NCBI GenBank assembly: GCA_947499075.1
Contig: CANMNA010000002.1
Location: 1,287-65,286 of the forward strand
Direction: 5' to 3'
Origin: Myxococcales bacterium
GTDB taxonomy: Bacteria > Myxococcota_A > UBA9042
Length of the DNA: 64,000 nt
Under the pieces are notes generated by a model, which did no database searches, was not told where the DNA came from, and saw only the letters and a list, made by a program, of their open reading frames with translations. Shown one piece after another: positions 18,539 to 28,112 of this stretch; the stretch's first letter is position 1, and every line of letters begins with the position of its first letter. The position numbers and the translations under genes are program-made.

Positions 18539-20644
18539 CTACGGTTTGGGTGTGGGCGCCGCGCCGTCCTTGGGCTGCGGTTCTTTGGCCTGCTTCTCCA
18601 ACGTCTTGGCCGCATCGATTTCTTGGATGCGCGACACAATCGCGACCAGGTTCTTCCACTTGACGTCGAGCTCCCGGGTCGCCTTGATCAACTCGGTCTT
18701 CTTCTGGACCCAGTCGGGGCCACCCTTCTTGGGCGCCGGTGTGGCCTGACAAATCGCCAGCACTTTGTCCCACTCCAGCGGCCCTTTCTTGGCGTCAACG
18801 GGCGGTTTCTTCATACCGACGTGGGCCTTGATCGCCTCGCGCGCCGCGTCACGGGCAACCTTGAGCTTGTCGGCCTCGGCCTGCGCGGTGTCCGGATCGG
18901 TGTTCAGCGCATCTTTGAGGTACTGCTTCCAGTACTTCGACGCCTTGTCCGAGTCGTTGAAGTGCTTGTAGTAAATGATCGCCAACCGCACCAAGATCGC
19001 GTAGCGCTTGGGATCTTTGATCAGCACCCGCTCGTAGATTTCAGCCGCCTTCTTGGGATCGCGCATGCCTTCCAGGGCCAGGGCATAGCCGGTCAGGCCT
19101 TCCAGATTCTCATTTTCTAGTTCGATGGCCTGCTTGTAGATGCGCACTGCGTCACGGTAATTCAAGTACTCCAAGTAGATAGCGCCCAAGTTCAGCCGCG
19201 CCGACACGCTGGACTTGTTCAGCTGTACGGCGTTCTTGAACGCCACGACTGCGCGCGGCAAGTCGTGCAGGTTGACGTAAACCATGCCCAAGTTGGCCCA
19301 CCCTTCAGCGTTGGCCGGGTCGATCGACAGCACCTTCTCTTCCAAAATCCAGCGCGCGATGTCGTACTTGCCCTGCTTGAGGTTGATGAGACCTCGGATA
19401 TTGAGCGCAATCGTGTCCTCTCGGTTGACGCGCAGCGCCTTGCGCAAGAACTCTTCGGCCAGCTTGAGGTCGTTTTGATGTAGCCAGTACAGCGACAACG
19501 CCACGTTGTTCATGGCGTTGTCTGGGTCTTGGCCCAGGATCGAGTCGCAGATGCCCTTGGCTTGCTCGGCCAGCGCATTGGCCTTGGCACTCTCGCCGGC
19601 TTCGACAAAGCGCTGCGCTTGGGCCAGCAGGGACCGGGCGATGTAGGCCTGAGCCGACAGCTGCAAGCCGCGCTCACGATCGTCTTTGGGCTCGATGGCT
19701 TTGGCCGTCTCGTAGGCCTTGCGGGCGTTGTCGTACTTGCCCAAGCGCTCGTAGGCCATGCCCAAGTTGAAGTAGGCCTCGTAGAAGCGCTTGTCCTGAT
19801 CGATGGCCTTTTGGAATTCTTGGGCGGCCGAAGTGTAGTCGGGCTCGCACTTGCTGCAGCGACCGTCGGCGGCCTTGCAGACTTGCGGGCACTCGTACTT
19901 GCTGCACTTGCCGCTGGACGTGTCGATGTATTCGCCGATTTTGCACGGGCCGGCGCCATCGGAGCTGCCCGACTCGAGCTCCTTTTCGCTGCACTCGCGG
20001 GCCACCAGATCGCACCCCTCGCTGCCGGCCTTACACCGGATGTAGCGGTCGTTGGGTGCGCCAGCTACGGGCTTGCTGGCTTCGTCAGCGGCGGGCGGGG
20101 CCTCGACCTTCTTGATCCAGTCGGCACACCAGCGCGATCCGCCGGCGATGAGCTTTTTGTCGCAGGCCTTGGTGTCTTGCTCACAGGCCAAATCGCGCAC
20201 GCCGCCCACCCACGGCTCGCACGGCACTTCAATGTCTTTCTCGACCTCTTCTTCTTTGCCGTCTTCGGTCTTGATCTTCTCTTTCTTTTTCTCGGTGCGG
20301 ACATAGGTGGCGCAACGATCGAGCACGCAGCCGTCGGGGTTGTCGATCGCCATTTCCGCGCATTGGTTGGGCGCGATCCGGGCACATGACCTACCCAGGC
20401 TGACAAAGCCGCCGGGGCAGCATTGGCCGTCTTCGAGCATCCGGTAGGGGCTGCACTTGGGCACAGAGCGCAGCGCTGAGGCGATGCCGGAGCGCATGGC
20501 GTCTTGGGCCTTGGTGTCGATGCCGGGCACGTATTCCTGGGCGAGGGCGGGGCTGGCCCACAGCAGGGCGATCACGCTGAGGCAGCCGACCGTGCGGGCG
20601 ACAAGGGCGGTTGGGTTCGATACGCTGGTGTTCGGGTGGCTCAC
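18539..20644 (-). CDS. TPR protein with Cys-rich N-terminal domain (GltE/AglT position)
   Basis: Signal peptide, about 230-aa Cys-rich region, then clear TPRs (EAYFNLGMAYERLGKYD; ARLNLGAIYLEYLNY). Confidence 0.75.
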   Translation of the reverse strand: MSHPNTSVSNPTALVARTVGCLSVIALLWASPALAQEYVPGIDTKAQDAMRSGIASALRSVPKCSPYRMLEDGQCCPGGFVSLGRSCARIAPNQCAEMAIDNPDGCVLDRCATYVRTEKKKEKIKTEDGKEEEVEKDIEVPCEPWVGGVRDLACEQDTKACDKKLIAGGSRWCADWIKKVEAPPAADEASKPVAGAPNDRYIRCKAGSEGCDLVARECSEKELESGSSDGAGPCKIGEYIDTSSGKCSKYECPQVCKAADGRCSKCEPDYTSAAQEFQKAIDQDKRFYEAYFNLGMAYERLGKYDNARKAYETAKAIEPKDDRERGLQLSAQAYIARSLLAQAQRFVEAGESAKANALAEQAKGICDSILGQDPDNAMNNVALSLYWLHQNDLKLAEEFLRKALRVNREDTIALNIRGLINLKQGKYDIARWILEEKVLSIDPANAEGWANLGMVYVNLHDLPRAVVAFKNAVQLNKSSVSARLNLGAIYLEYLNYRDAVRIYKQAIELENENLEGLTGYALALEGMRDPKKAAEIYERVLIKDPKRYAILVRLAIIYYKHFNDSDKASKYWKQYLKDALNTDPDTAQAEADKLKVARDAAREAIKAHVGMKKPPVDAKKGPLEWDKVLAICQATPAPKKGGPDWVQKKTELIKATRELDVKWKNLVAIVSRIQEIDAAKTLEKQAKEPQPKDGAAPTPKP

Positions 20645-23600
20645 TTGGCACCTGCCTTCTTGGCGTCGCTAACAGTCTTGGGCTTGTAAGAAACGGTGAA
20701 CTTGCCGCGGCGCACGCTGGTCACAAACGCCGCCGACGTCGCAGGGTCGGTCGACTCATTGGCCGACACGGTGGCCGCCGCTTTGGGCAAGTTGGGGTCC
20801 TTTTCGACAGTTGGGTACGCGTCCGGGCTGACCTTGGCCGCGTAGTCGCCGGCTTCTTTGGACCACTTGTTGTACACGCCCAGATTGTGCGCAATCTTGA
20901 TGGCGCTGCCCAACGCGGCCAGCGACTGCTCTTCAATCGGCACTGCTTTCTGCTCGATCGCCAGCTTGTACTGGTCGGCCAGCTCGGGGAAGCGCTCGAC
21001 CTCTGGCGGCACCGGGGCCTTGAACAGGTCTTCCTTGAAGTTGAAGTACAACAAGCCGATCTTGAACATGGCCGCCGCAGCCCAGCCACGGCCACCGCCG
21101 GCCGCCGCTTGGTCAAATACTTTGAAATACTCGGCCTCTGCCCGCTTGAGTGCTTCGGCTTTCTTTTGCAGCGTCGGCAGCAGCATCTTCATGTTCTTGA
21201 CGGTCTTGAGCGTGAGCACGTCAAAGTCATCGAACAGGTACTCGGTCTTGTAAAACATCGCCTGAGCCGCAAACACCGAAGCGCGGCCGGCCTTGCCCTT
21301 GCCATCGGGCCGATCAAAGGCCTTTTGGGCATCATCGGCGGCGCGCACCGCGTCTTTGCGGTTCTTGCCGGCATCAGACAGGCGCAGGTTTTCGACCTTG
21401 CGGCCCAACGCTTCGACGTGCAAATCCGGGCGATCTGGGTACTTGCCGACCACTGCGGCATAGGCACCGGCGGCGAGCTTGGCGCCTTCGCTGCCCATTT
21501 TTTCGTAGACGTGGCCTTTCTCCATCTCAGCGTCGGCGACCAAGCCCTTCAAGCGCTTGGTCTTGTCGTCATCGCCCTTCAGGTTGTTGGCCACGGTGAT
21601 GAACTTGTCGTAAGCAGCGGTGGCATCTTTGTACTGCTGCAGCGCGACCAGGATGGTGCCGGCGTTGATAAGGGCTTGAGCCGCATCGGCATTGTCGCGG
21701 AACTTGGCCATGTCCAGGAACGCATCGGCGGCTTCACGGAAGCTCGTCATCGCCTCATAGAGCATACCGACGTTGAACTTGGCTTCCGGCGCCACTTTGG
21801 CCTTGGGGAATTCTTTGACGACGCGCTCATAGGTGTCGATCGCGGTCTTGTCCTGCTGCTGCAGCTCGTACAGCGTGGCCTTGTTGTACAGCGCCGTCGC
21901 CGCCAGCTCAGGCTCGTCGGACTTGAAGCGCGCCAGGATCTTGTCGTACTTGGCGTGCGCACCGTCGTAATCTTTCTTTTCAGCCAGTTCGCTCGCCTGC
22001 TCGGCGACGGCCACCGCCACATACTTCTTGAGGTCTTTGACCTCGAGCACGATGTGAACCTTGCGCTTGATCATCAGCTCCGCCCACTCCTCGATCTTGG
22101 GCCACTCTTTGAGCCGGGCGTAGATGTCGATGAGAGTCTTGGCGGCGATTTCAGCAACCTTGTGATCTTCTTGGTACTTGTGCACCCGCTCGAAGCCACT
22201 GATGGCCTCTTTGTACTGACCGCGGTCGTAAAATGATGCTGCCGCCAAATACATGATTTCAGGTACTTTTTTGCCTTTGTTGCACTGCTTCTTCTTGCCC
22301 GCTGCGCAGTCTGTCTTGGCTTTCTCCATGAGCTCGACGTACTTGTCGGCGGCCTGCACGTAGCTCTTTTCGAGCACGTGCAACTCTTGGCGCGGCTTGG
22401 GCAGGTTGGCGTTCTTGATCTGCTCGTCGGTGAGCTCGGCTTTTTTGTCCTTCTTGAACGTGTGGGTCTTGACGCCGTCGCCTTCGACCGACGCCACCAG
22501 CGGCGCACAGTCGGCACGCTCGACCCACTTCTGATCTTTGTCGATCCAGCAGGCCTTGGTGTGGCGCATCAGCTCTTCGGTGGCGTAAATCACGCCGAGC
22601 GCCGAGTCTTCGACAAACTCGCCTTCTGGATCGCGGCGAATGGTCTCTTCGTAGCAAATCCGGGCCTTGTCGAACTCTTTGAGCTGGTCGTAGTAGATTT
22701 CAGCCAAGTAGAAGTTGACCAGGTACGCCTTCTTGGCGGTCGGCCAGCGGCGCAGGAACTCTTTGTAGTCTTCAGCAGCGCGGGCGTAGAACTGGCGCGC
22801 CTTGGCCTGATCCTTGGTCTCTTCTTCGGTCTTTTGAGCCAACTGGTGATAGTAGTTGGAGACGAACAGCAGGTAGTTCTCGCCCATCCGGTCGGCCTTC
22901 TCCAGCGCTTCTTTGGCCTTGGCATCGCCTTTGCTCTTCAGGGCCTGAATCCACGGCGAGGTGCGGTTGTCCGAAAACGCCAAGAACTTGCGCATCGCCG
23001 CTTCGATGTCGGGGAAGGCACCGAGCTTCTTGTAGATGTCGGTGATCGACTCATGCCAGTCGACGCAGCGCGGATCGGTCGGGCGCTTGTCGATGAAGTG
23101 CTGGTGCAGGTCGACCGCGTCTTTGTCCTTGTCGATCGAGATGTAGATCTCGGCCAGCTTGAACAGGCGGTCCCACATCTTGGCCTCGCCTTCGACGCTG
23201 GTGAAGTACTCCTCGGCTTTGGGCCACGCACCGTCGAGTTCGGCGTAGGCTTGGACCAAGTCCTTGAGCGCCTGATCGCGGAACTCGATCTTGCCGCGCT
23301 CTTTGCCGACGCCGATTTCCTTGACCACCATCTGGAAGGTATCGATCGTACGCTGGAATTCGCGCAAGTTGTAGTAGACCCATCCCAGCTTGTACAGCGC
23401 GTAGTTGAACAGTTCGCTGGTCTTGTAATTCTGGGTGATCTTTTCGTAGTTCATCTTGGCCAGCGTCAAGTTGTTGGCTTCGAAGAAGTATTCGGCCAAC
23501 GCCAAGTGCGCCTTGGGGATCAGCGGGCTGGTCTGGTGGTTCTGGATCAGGCGGTTGAGGTACTGCACGCCTTTTTGCGACAGCACTTTGTCGCCCAGCG

Positions 23601-24207
23601 CCTTGCCCTGCATCATGGCGGCTTTGCCCAAGCGGTACAGCACTTCAGCCATGCGGCCGTAGTTGGGGTGCTGCTGCAGGATTTTTTCGTAAAACGTAAT
23701 CGATTTCTGGTAGTTCTCGACCGGCTGCACCGGCTTCTCTTTGAGCAAGCCCTTTTCGAACTGCTCCACCTTGCGATCGTAGTCGCTGCGCTCCATCAGG
23801 TAGGCGAACTTGGTCGACTCCCACCACGCTTCGGCCAGCCGAAAGTAGTACTCCGGCCGATTCGGATCTTGGGGCACGGCCCGCTCCAGCAGGTCTTCCA
23901 GCGTCTTGATTGTGCGATCGCGGATCTTTTGCTTCTCGATCTGCAGCTTGCGCTCAGCCTCGGTAAAGCCCATCTGTTCCAGCTTGTCGACCTGAAATTG
24001 CCCCGTCGCCAGCTTGTCTTCGTCACGCTTGGGCTTGACCGGGCCCACCGGCTTCTTGTCGTCCTCGACCAGCGTGCCCTTCTTGTCGACCTTCTTGGTC
24101 GCCGCACCGGCCTCAATGTCCTCTTCTTGGGCGTGGACGGTCGGCGCCAGCAGCGTGACGATCAGCGCAAAGGCCTGCAAACCTTGGAGACGGGCAAATT
24201 TTCGCAT
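20641..24207 (-). CDS. Large periplasmic TPR protein (GltD/AgmU-like)
   Basis: Signal peptide with AGGAAG RBS and about 1190 aa of TPRs (YALYKLGWVYYNL). C-terminal GVYNKWS-like motif. Confidence 0.75.
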   Translation of the reverse strand: MRKFARLQGLQAFALIVTLLAPTVHAQEEDIEAGAATKKVDKKGTLVEDDKKPVGPVKPKRDEDKLATGQFQVDKLEQMGFTEAERKLQIEKQKIRDRTIKTLEDLLERAVPQDPNRPEYYFRLAEAWWESTKFAYLMERSDYDRKVEQFEKGLLKEKPVQPVENYQKSITFYEKILQQHPNYGRMAEVLYRLGKAAMMQGKALGDKVLSQKGVQYLNRLIQNHQTSPLIPKAHLALAEYFFEANNLTLAKMNYEKITQNYKTSELFNYALYKLGWVYYNLREFQRTIDTFQMVVKEIGVGKERGKIEFRDQALKDLVQAYAELDGAWPKAEEYFTSVEGEAKMWDRLFKLAEIYISIDKDKDAVDLHQHFIDKRPTDPRCVDWHESITDIYKKLGAFPDIEAAMRKFLAFSDNRTSPWIQALKSKGDAKAKEALEKADRMGENYLLFVSNYYHQLAQKTEEETKDQAKARQFYARAAEDYKEFLRRWPTAKKAYLVNFYLAEIYYDQLKEFDKARICYEETIRRDPEGEFVEDSALGVIYATEELMRHTKACWIDKDQKWVERADCAPLVASVEGDGVKTHTFKKDKKAELTDEQIKNANLPKPRQELHVLEKSYVQAADKYVELMEKAKTDCAAGKKKQCNKGKKVPEIMYLAAASFYDRGQYKEAISGFERVHKYQEDHKVAEIAAKTLIDIYARLKEWPKIEEWAELMIKRKVHIVLEVKDLKKYVAVAVAEQASELAEKKDYDGAHAKYDKILARFKSDEPELAATALYNKATLYELQQQDKTAIDTYERVVKEFPKAKVAPEAKFNVGMLYEAMTSFREAADAFLDMAKFRDNADAAQALINAGTILVALQQYKDATAAYDKFITVANNLKGDDDKTKRLKGLVADAEMEKGHVYEKMGSEGAKLAAGAYAAVVGKYPDRPDLHVEALGRKVENLRLSDAGKNRKDAVRAADDAQKAFDRPDGKGKAGRASVFAAQAMFYKTEYLFDDFDVLTLKTVKNMKMLLPTLQKKAEALKRAEAEYFKVFDQAAAGGGRGWAAAAMFKIGLLYFNFKEDLFKAPVPPEVERFPELADQYKLAIEQKAVPIEEQSLAALGSAIKIAHNLGVYNKWSKEAGDYAAKVSPDAYPTVEKDPNLPKAAATVSANESTDPATSAAFVTSVRRGKFTVSYKPKTVSDAKKAGAK

Positions 24208-24297
24208 GGGACTTCCTGCTAGCAAATCAAGGCGGTGGTCGACCACCCGAACAAACGAAACCTGAGCCGGCGCACGCGGGGCGTGGCGGACGACCGA

Positions 24298-26271
24298 CTA
24301 CGGCCCAGCGGGCTTTTCGCCACCCAGACCATGGTCTTCGCCGGTTTTGCACTTCGACTTGAGGTACGAGCGGTAGGCGCCAATTTCGTCCTTCCAGAAC
24401 TCGCCTTCAAACGGCCACGACATCGAATCCGATCCGGCGATCGCCACCGCGCCTTCTTTGGCGACCGCGTCGCCCAACTCCTTGGCGCGACCTGCCTGCT
24501 CCTCTTCGATCTCCTGGGTGCGAATTTCGTCGAGATCCAGCCGCAGCTGCGCCAGCTTGTCGAAGTACAGGTCGAGCTCCTTTTGGGCCTGACGCAGCGT
24601 TTGCTGAATCACTACGCCCGCTTCGGACACGCGCTCGGTGCGACGCTGGCCGAGTTTTTGCAGCAATTCCTGACCAGTCGGACCCAGCGCAGCCAAGTTG
24701 GCGCGGATGATCTTGTCCTCCTTGTCGATTTGCTTGACGGTCTGGTGCAGGTTGTAGAATTCGACGTTGCTCAGCACCGGGGCTTGCAGCTGCTTGGGCA
24801 GACCCGCGCCGGCCTTGGGGCTGTTCACCGTGGCCAAAAAGTTGTTGTAAAACTCTTCGGGGCGCTTGCTGCGCTTGAGGAAGTCACGCAGCGGCGGTCC
24901 GAGCACAAAGATCTTCTCTTCGAACATCTTCATGGCCAATTCGGCCTTGTCGGCGTGGCATAGGTTGACGTAGGCCGTGGCTTCGAGCACCCACAGCTCC
25001 GGATAAAACTGGTGCGAGAAGTACGGGCTGTGCAGGGCGTGGAAGGTGCCAAGCGCGCGCGAGGTGTCGCCTTTCAAGAAGTAGGTCCATCCGGACTCGT
25101 AAAATGCAGTTGCGAGCTTGGGCGAGTTCTTGCTGATCTTCTTGTAGTAGTAGATCGCCGCATCGAACTGCTGGATGTCATAGGCCAAGCGCGCCAGAGC
25201 CAGGTAGGCCAGATCGACCACAGGCCTGCCGTCGAGTTGCTGTTCGGCGGCGAGTACGGCCTTTTGAAACGCTTCGGAGGCATCTTTGACCTGGCCGCCC
25301 ACCAGCTTCTCTTCGGGGTTCTCCGGAATCGACATCAGGCCGATGAGGTACTGGGCACGCGCGTAGTCCGACGCTTTGGCTGAGACTTTCTCCAGGTAGG
25401 GTCGCGCCGCGTCCTTGACGCCAAAGTCGTTGAGCGCTTCACCCACGAAGTAGAAGTAGCCGTCTTGAAACGGTTGCTCAAACGACGACACCGCGATCTT
25501 GGTCAGCTCTTCGAGCTCAGGCGGACGGTAGATGATCTGCTTGCGCAGCTCGCGCAGTTGGTCAAAGGCTTGGACAAAGAACAGCTTGTCAGAGCCCGCG
25601 CGCACCACGTCGAGCAGCGTGTCCGCAGCCGATTGGACCAGGCCGGCCCGAGCCAGCGCGTTGGCGATGCCATACTTGGCGCTGTAGGCCTCAGCCGAGT
25701 CGGGGGCAAAGGCCACGCCATCGACACCCTCTTCGACAAACTCGGTAAACGTCTGAACCGCTTTGACGAATTCGCCATTGTTGGCATAGGCTTGTCCAGC
25801 AGCCAACACTTTGCCGGCGAACATGCGGCGACCCGCTTCTTCGCGCTTCTTCTGCTCTTCCAAAATCCGCAGCGACTCTTCTTTGAGCCGGGCCTCTTCG
25901 GCGGCTTTTTCGGCCTCAGACAGCTCGCGCTCCGGCCTTTTGACTTCCTTGGGCTTGTCCGCTTCGCCACCGCCCGCTGGCGCCTTGGCCCCAGAAGCCG
26001 TTCCGATCAAGAACTGGATGAGCTTTTGCGACGCCCCCCGCCGCTTGAGCTCCATGATCTCCTTGGGCCCCAGCGTGAATTTGCTGGCGTCTTTTTGGAC
26101 CTTTTTGATGATCGTCTCGTCGGGCACTTCGGACTCGAGCAGGACGAACACTTGGTCTAGCGTGATCGCCAGCACAGGTGTGGCGTAGCCCAAGGCCAGC
26201 GCCAGCACTGACGCAAAGGCCCCGGTGGTCAGGCGCCGCGCCAAGGGCGTGTGCGGTGTGTAGGTATCCAT
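24298..26271 (-). CDS. TPR protein (GltC-like)
   Basis: GGAGG RBS before the ATG at 26271. Motifs ALGTFHALHSPYF and C-terminal WPFEGEFWKDEIGAYR...KSKC, as recalled for GltC-family proteins. Confidence 0.75.
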   Translation of the reverse strand: MDTYTPHTPLARRLTTGAFASVLALALGYATPVLAITLDQVFVLLESEVPDETIIKKVQKDASKFTLGPKEIMELKRRGASQKLIQFLIGTASGAKAPAGGGEADKPKEVKRPERELSEAEKAAEEARLKEESLRILEEQKKREEAGRRMFAGKVLAAGQAYANNGEFVKAVQTFTEFVEEGVDGVAFAPDSAEAYSAKYGIANALARAGLVQSAADTLLDVVRAGSDKLFFVQAFDQLRELRKQIIYRPPELEELTKIAVSSFEQPFQDGYFYFVGEALNDFGVKDAARPYLEKVSAKASDYARAQYLIGLMSIPENPEEKLVGGQVKDASEAFQKAVLAAEQQLDGRPVVDLAYLALARLAYDIQQFDAAIYYYKKISKNSPKLATAFYESGWTYFLKGDTSRALGTFHALHSPYFSHQFYPELWVLEATAYVNLCHADKAELAMKMFEEKIFVLGPPLRDFLKRSKRPEEFYNNFLATVNSPKAGAGLPKQLQAPVLSNVEFYNLHQTVKQIDKEDKIIRANLAALGPTGQELLQKLGQRRTERVSEAGVVIQQTLRQAQKELDLYFDKLAQLRLDLDEIRTQEIEEEQAGRAKELGDAVAKEGAVAIAGSDSMSWPFEGEFWKDEIGAYRSYLKSKCKTGEDHGLGGEKPAGP

Positions 26272-26364
26272 CAATCCTCCATTCGGGGGCTGCGCGGTCC
26301 GGGCCAAAACCCCGGGCGCCATCAGCCCAAGACGCGTTGGCAGCGCCAACGGTCTACGTTGCGG

Positions 26365-27294
26365 CTATTGTGGGGGCGCGGTGAACCATGTCAGCGCGGC
26401 GGTCACGGCCAGCGGCCGCGCCAGACCACCACTGCTGTCGTTCTTGGCGTCGTCAAAGGCCGGGTAAAACAGGTGGTGGTAATCCAGGCGCAGGGCGAAG
26501 CGCTCCGACAGGTAAAACTGCAGGTAGCCGCCGACGTTACCGGCAGCGTCGATCCGCATGATGCCGGCCGGAAACTGCTGCGTGGTGACCTTGGTCGAGA
26601 CCGCGCCCACGCCAAAGCACAGCGCCATGTCGAACTCACCCAGCTTGGTGCCGAAAAAGCCAATCTTGCCGTGCAGCAAGTTCCAGTCGATGCCTGCCGA
26701 GGTGTAACCGACCAAAGTTTGCGGCAAGCGCACTTGCAGCTCATAGCCCTCTGGCCGATTGCTCTCCAGCTTGGTGCGCAGCGAGGTCGCCTTGTCGTAG
26801 GTGTAGACGGCGTGGACGTTTAAGGCCAAGTCCTCTGAAAAGTAGTAGTTGTAGCCCAAGCCGCCGGAGATGTAGGTCCAGAAGTCGTCGTTGGGGACCA
26901 CGCCGGCGAGCACCGACAGGCCGTGGCGACCTTCCTTGACCACCTCGCGCTTCTGCACGACCCGAATGTCGCGGCGCTTGGCCCAATCCATCCGCGAGCC
27001 CGGCGGGACCAAGTCGTCGCCAATGCCGTACACGTCGACCTCGCCACCGCTGGCGCCGCCCAAATCCGGCATCGCTTCCTTGGTCTTTTTGGCCTTGGGC
27101 TCCGGTTTCGGCTGGGGCTTGGGCTCTGGCTTGGGTTCTTCGGCGGGTGGCGCCTCTGCCGGCACATCTGCCTGGGGCTCGGCTGGCTTGGCATCGCCGC
27201 CAGCTTCCTGGGCCAGCACAGGCAGGGCCAATCCCAGAGCGCCCGCCACCAGCGATAGCGCCATCGTAGTCCAAATCTTCGTACTATTTCGCAT
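26365..27294 (-). CDS. Outer-membrane beta-barrel protein (GltA/GltB-like)
   Basis: Signal peptide, IRVVQKREVVKEGRH, PNDDFW and LLHGKI motifs, beta-strand periodicity. Confidence 0.78.
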   Translation of the reverse strand: MRNSTKIWTTMALSLVAGALGLALPVLAQEAGGDAKPAEPQADVPAEAPPAEEPKPEPKPQPKPEPKAKKTKEAMPDLGGASGGEVDVYGIGDDLVPPGSRMDWAKRRDIRVVQKREVVKEGRHGLSVLAGVVPNDDFWTYISGGLGYNYYFSEDLALNVHAVYTYDKATSLRTKLESNRPEGYELQVRLPQTLVGYTSAGIDWNLLHGKIGFFGTKLGEFDMALCFGVGAVSTKVTTQQFPAGIMRIDAAGNVGGYLQFYLSERFALRLDYHHLFYPAFDDAKNDSSGGLARPLAVTAALTWFTAPPQ

Positions 27295-27330
27295 ATCTAC
27301 CTCGCACGGCAGCCTGGGCCGCGGCGCGCG

Positions 27331-28065
27331 TTATTTGCTCAGGAAGGCCAAGCCGGCGGTGAACTGGACGGGCGCCAAGAACGTGATGCTCTCTTGGGGC
27401 TTGTAGATGTACTGCTTGTAGTCGATGCGGATGTTGAGAAACCGCGTCAAGTAGAAGCGAAAGCCGAGGCCCCAGCTGCCGCCGGCTTTGAGTCCGTTGA
27501 CCGGCGTCTTGTTGCCCAGCGACTCATCGATGTCGGCATTGATAAACGCCGCGCCGACCGAGCAATTCATGTCAAACGAACTGATTTTTTTGTCGAAAAT
27601 GCCGATTTTGCCGTGCAGCGGGCTGTAGGCGACGCCCAGCGTGCTGACCCAATGCAGCTTGGGGGCGTGCTGGGCGCCAATCGTCAGCGAGGCCGGCTCT
27701 TTGCCGGGACCGGCTGGCACGTGGCCCAAGAAGTTCAAGATCTTGGATTCTGACGACAACAGGTACGAGAAGTCGCCTTCCAGGGCCACCGTGTCGGTCA
27801 AGAAGAACCCGACCCGGCCGCCGATCGACTTGAACAGGTAGAAATTGTCGTTGGGAATGGCGCCACCGTGGATGGTGCCCTCGACGCCGTGCTTGCGCTC
27901 AAACAGCGGGTTGGTCAGCGACGGCACCGCCAATTCGGTGTTCCAGTACTTCTGCAGCTCGCGGTCGATCGGCTCATTGTCGGCGGCTGTGGCCGACAAT
28001 GGCACGGCCAACGTGGCAACAGTTGCCAGCGCGGACCACCAAGCGGCGATTGTCTTGAGTTGCAT
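27331..28065 (-). CDS. Outer-membrane beta-barrel protein (GltA/GltB-like), paralog of the neighbouring gene
   Basis: Signal peptide. Shares PNDNFY, YSPLHGKIG and GFRFYL..FLNIRIDY motifs with 26365-27294. Confidence 0.78.
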   Translation of the reverse strand: MQLKTIAAWWSALATVATLAVPLSATAADNEPIDRELQKYWNTELAVPSLTNPLFERKHGVEGTIHGGAIPNDNFYLFKSIGGRVGFFLTDTVALEGDFSYLLSSESKILNFLGHVPAGPGKEPASLTIGAQHAPKLHWVSTLGVAYSPLHGKIGIFDKKISSFDMNCSVGAAFINADIDESLGNKTPVNGLKAGGSWGLGFRFYLTRFLNIRIDYKQYIYKPQESITFLAPVQFTAGLAFLSK

Positions 28066-28112
28066 GATCTTCTCCAAACGGGTCGCTGCGTTGTCGCAGG
28101 AGGATGCCGGCA

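Noticed and set aside
20611..24222. Long plus-strand ORFs (541 and 614 aa) antisense to the GltD-like gene, and similar shadow ORFs throughout
   Set aside because: Expected antisense open frames in high-GC coding DNA, with no recognisable motifs.
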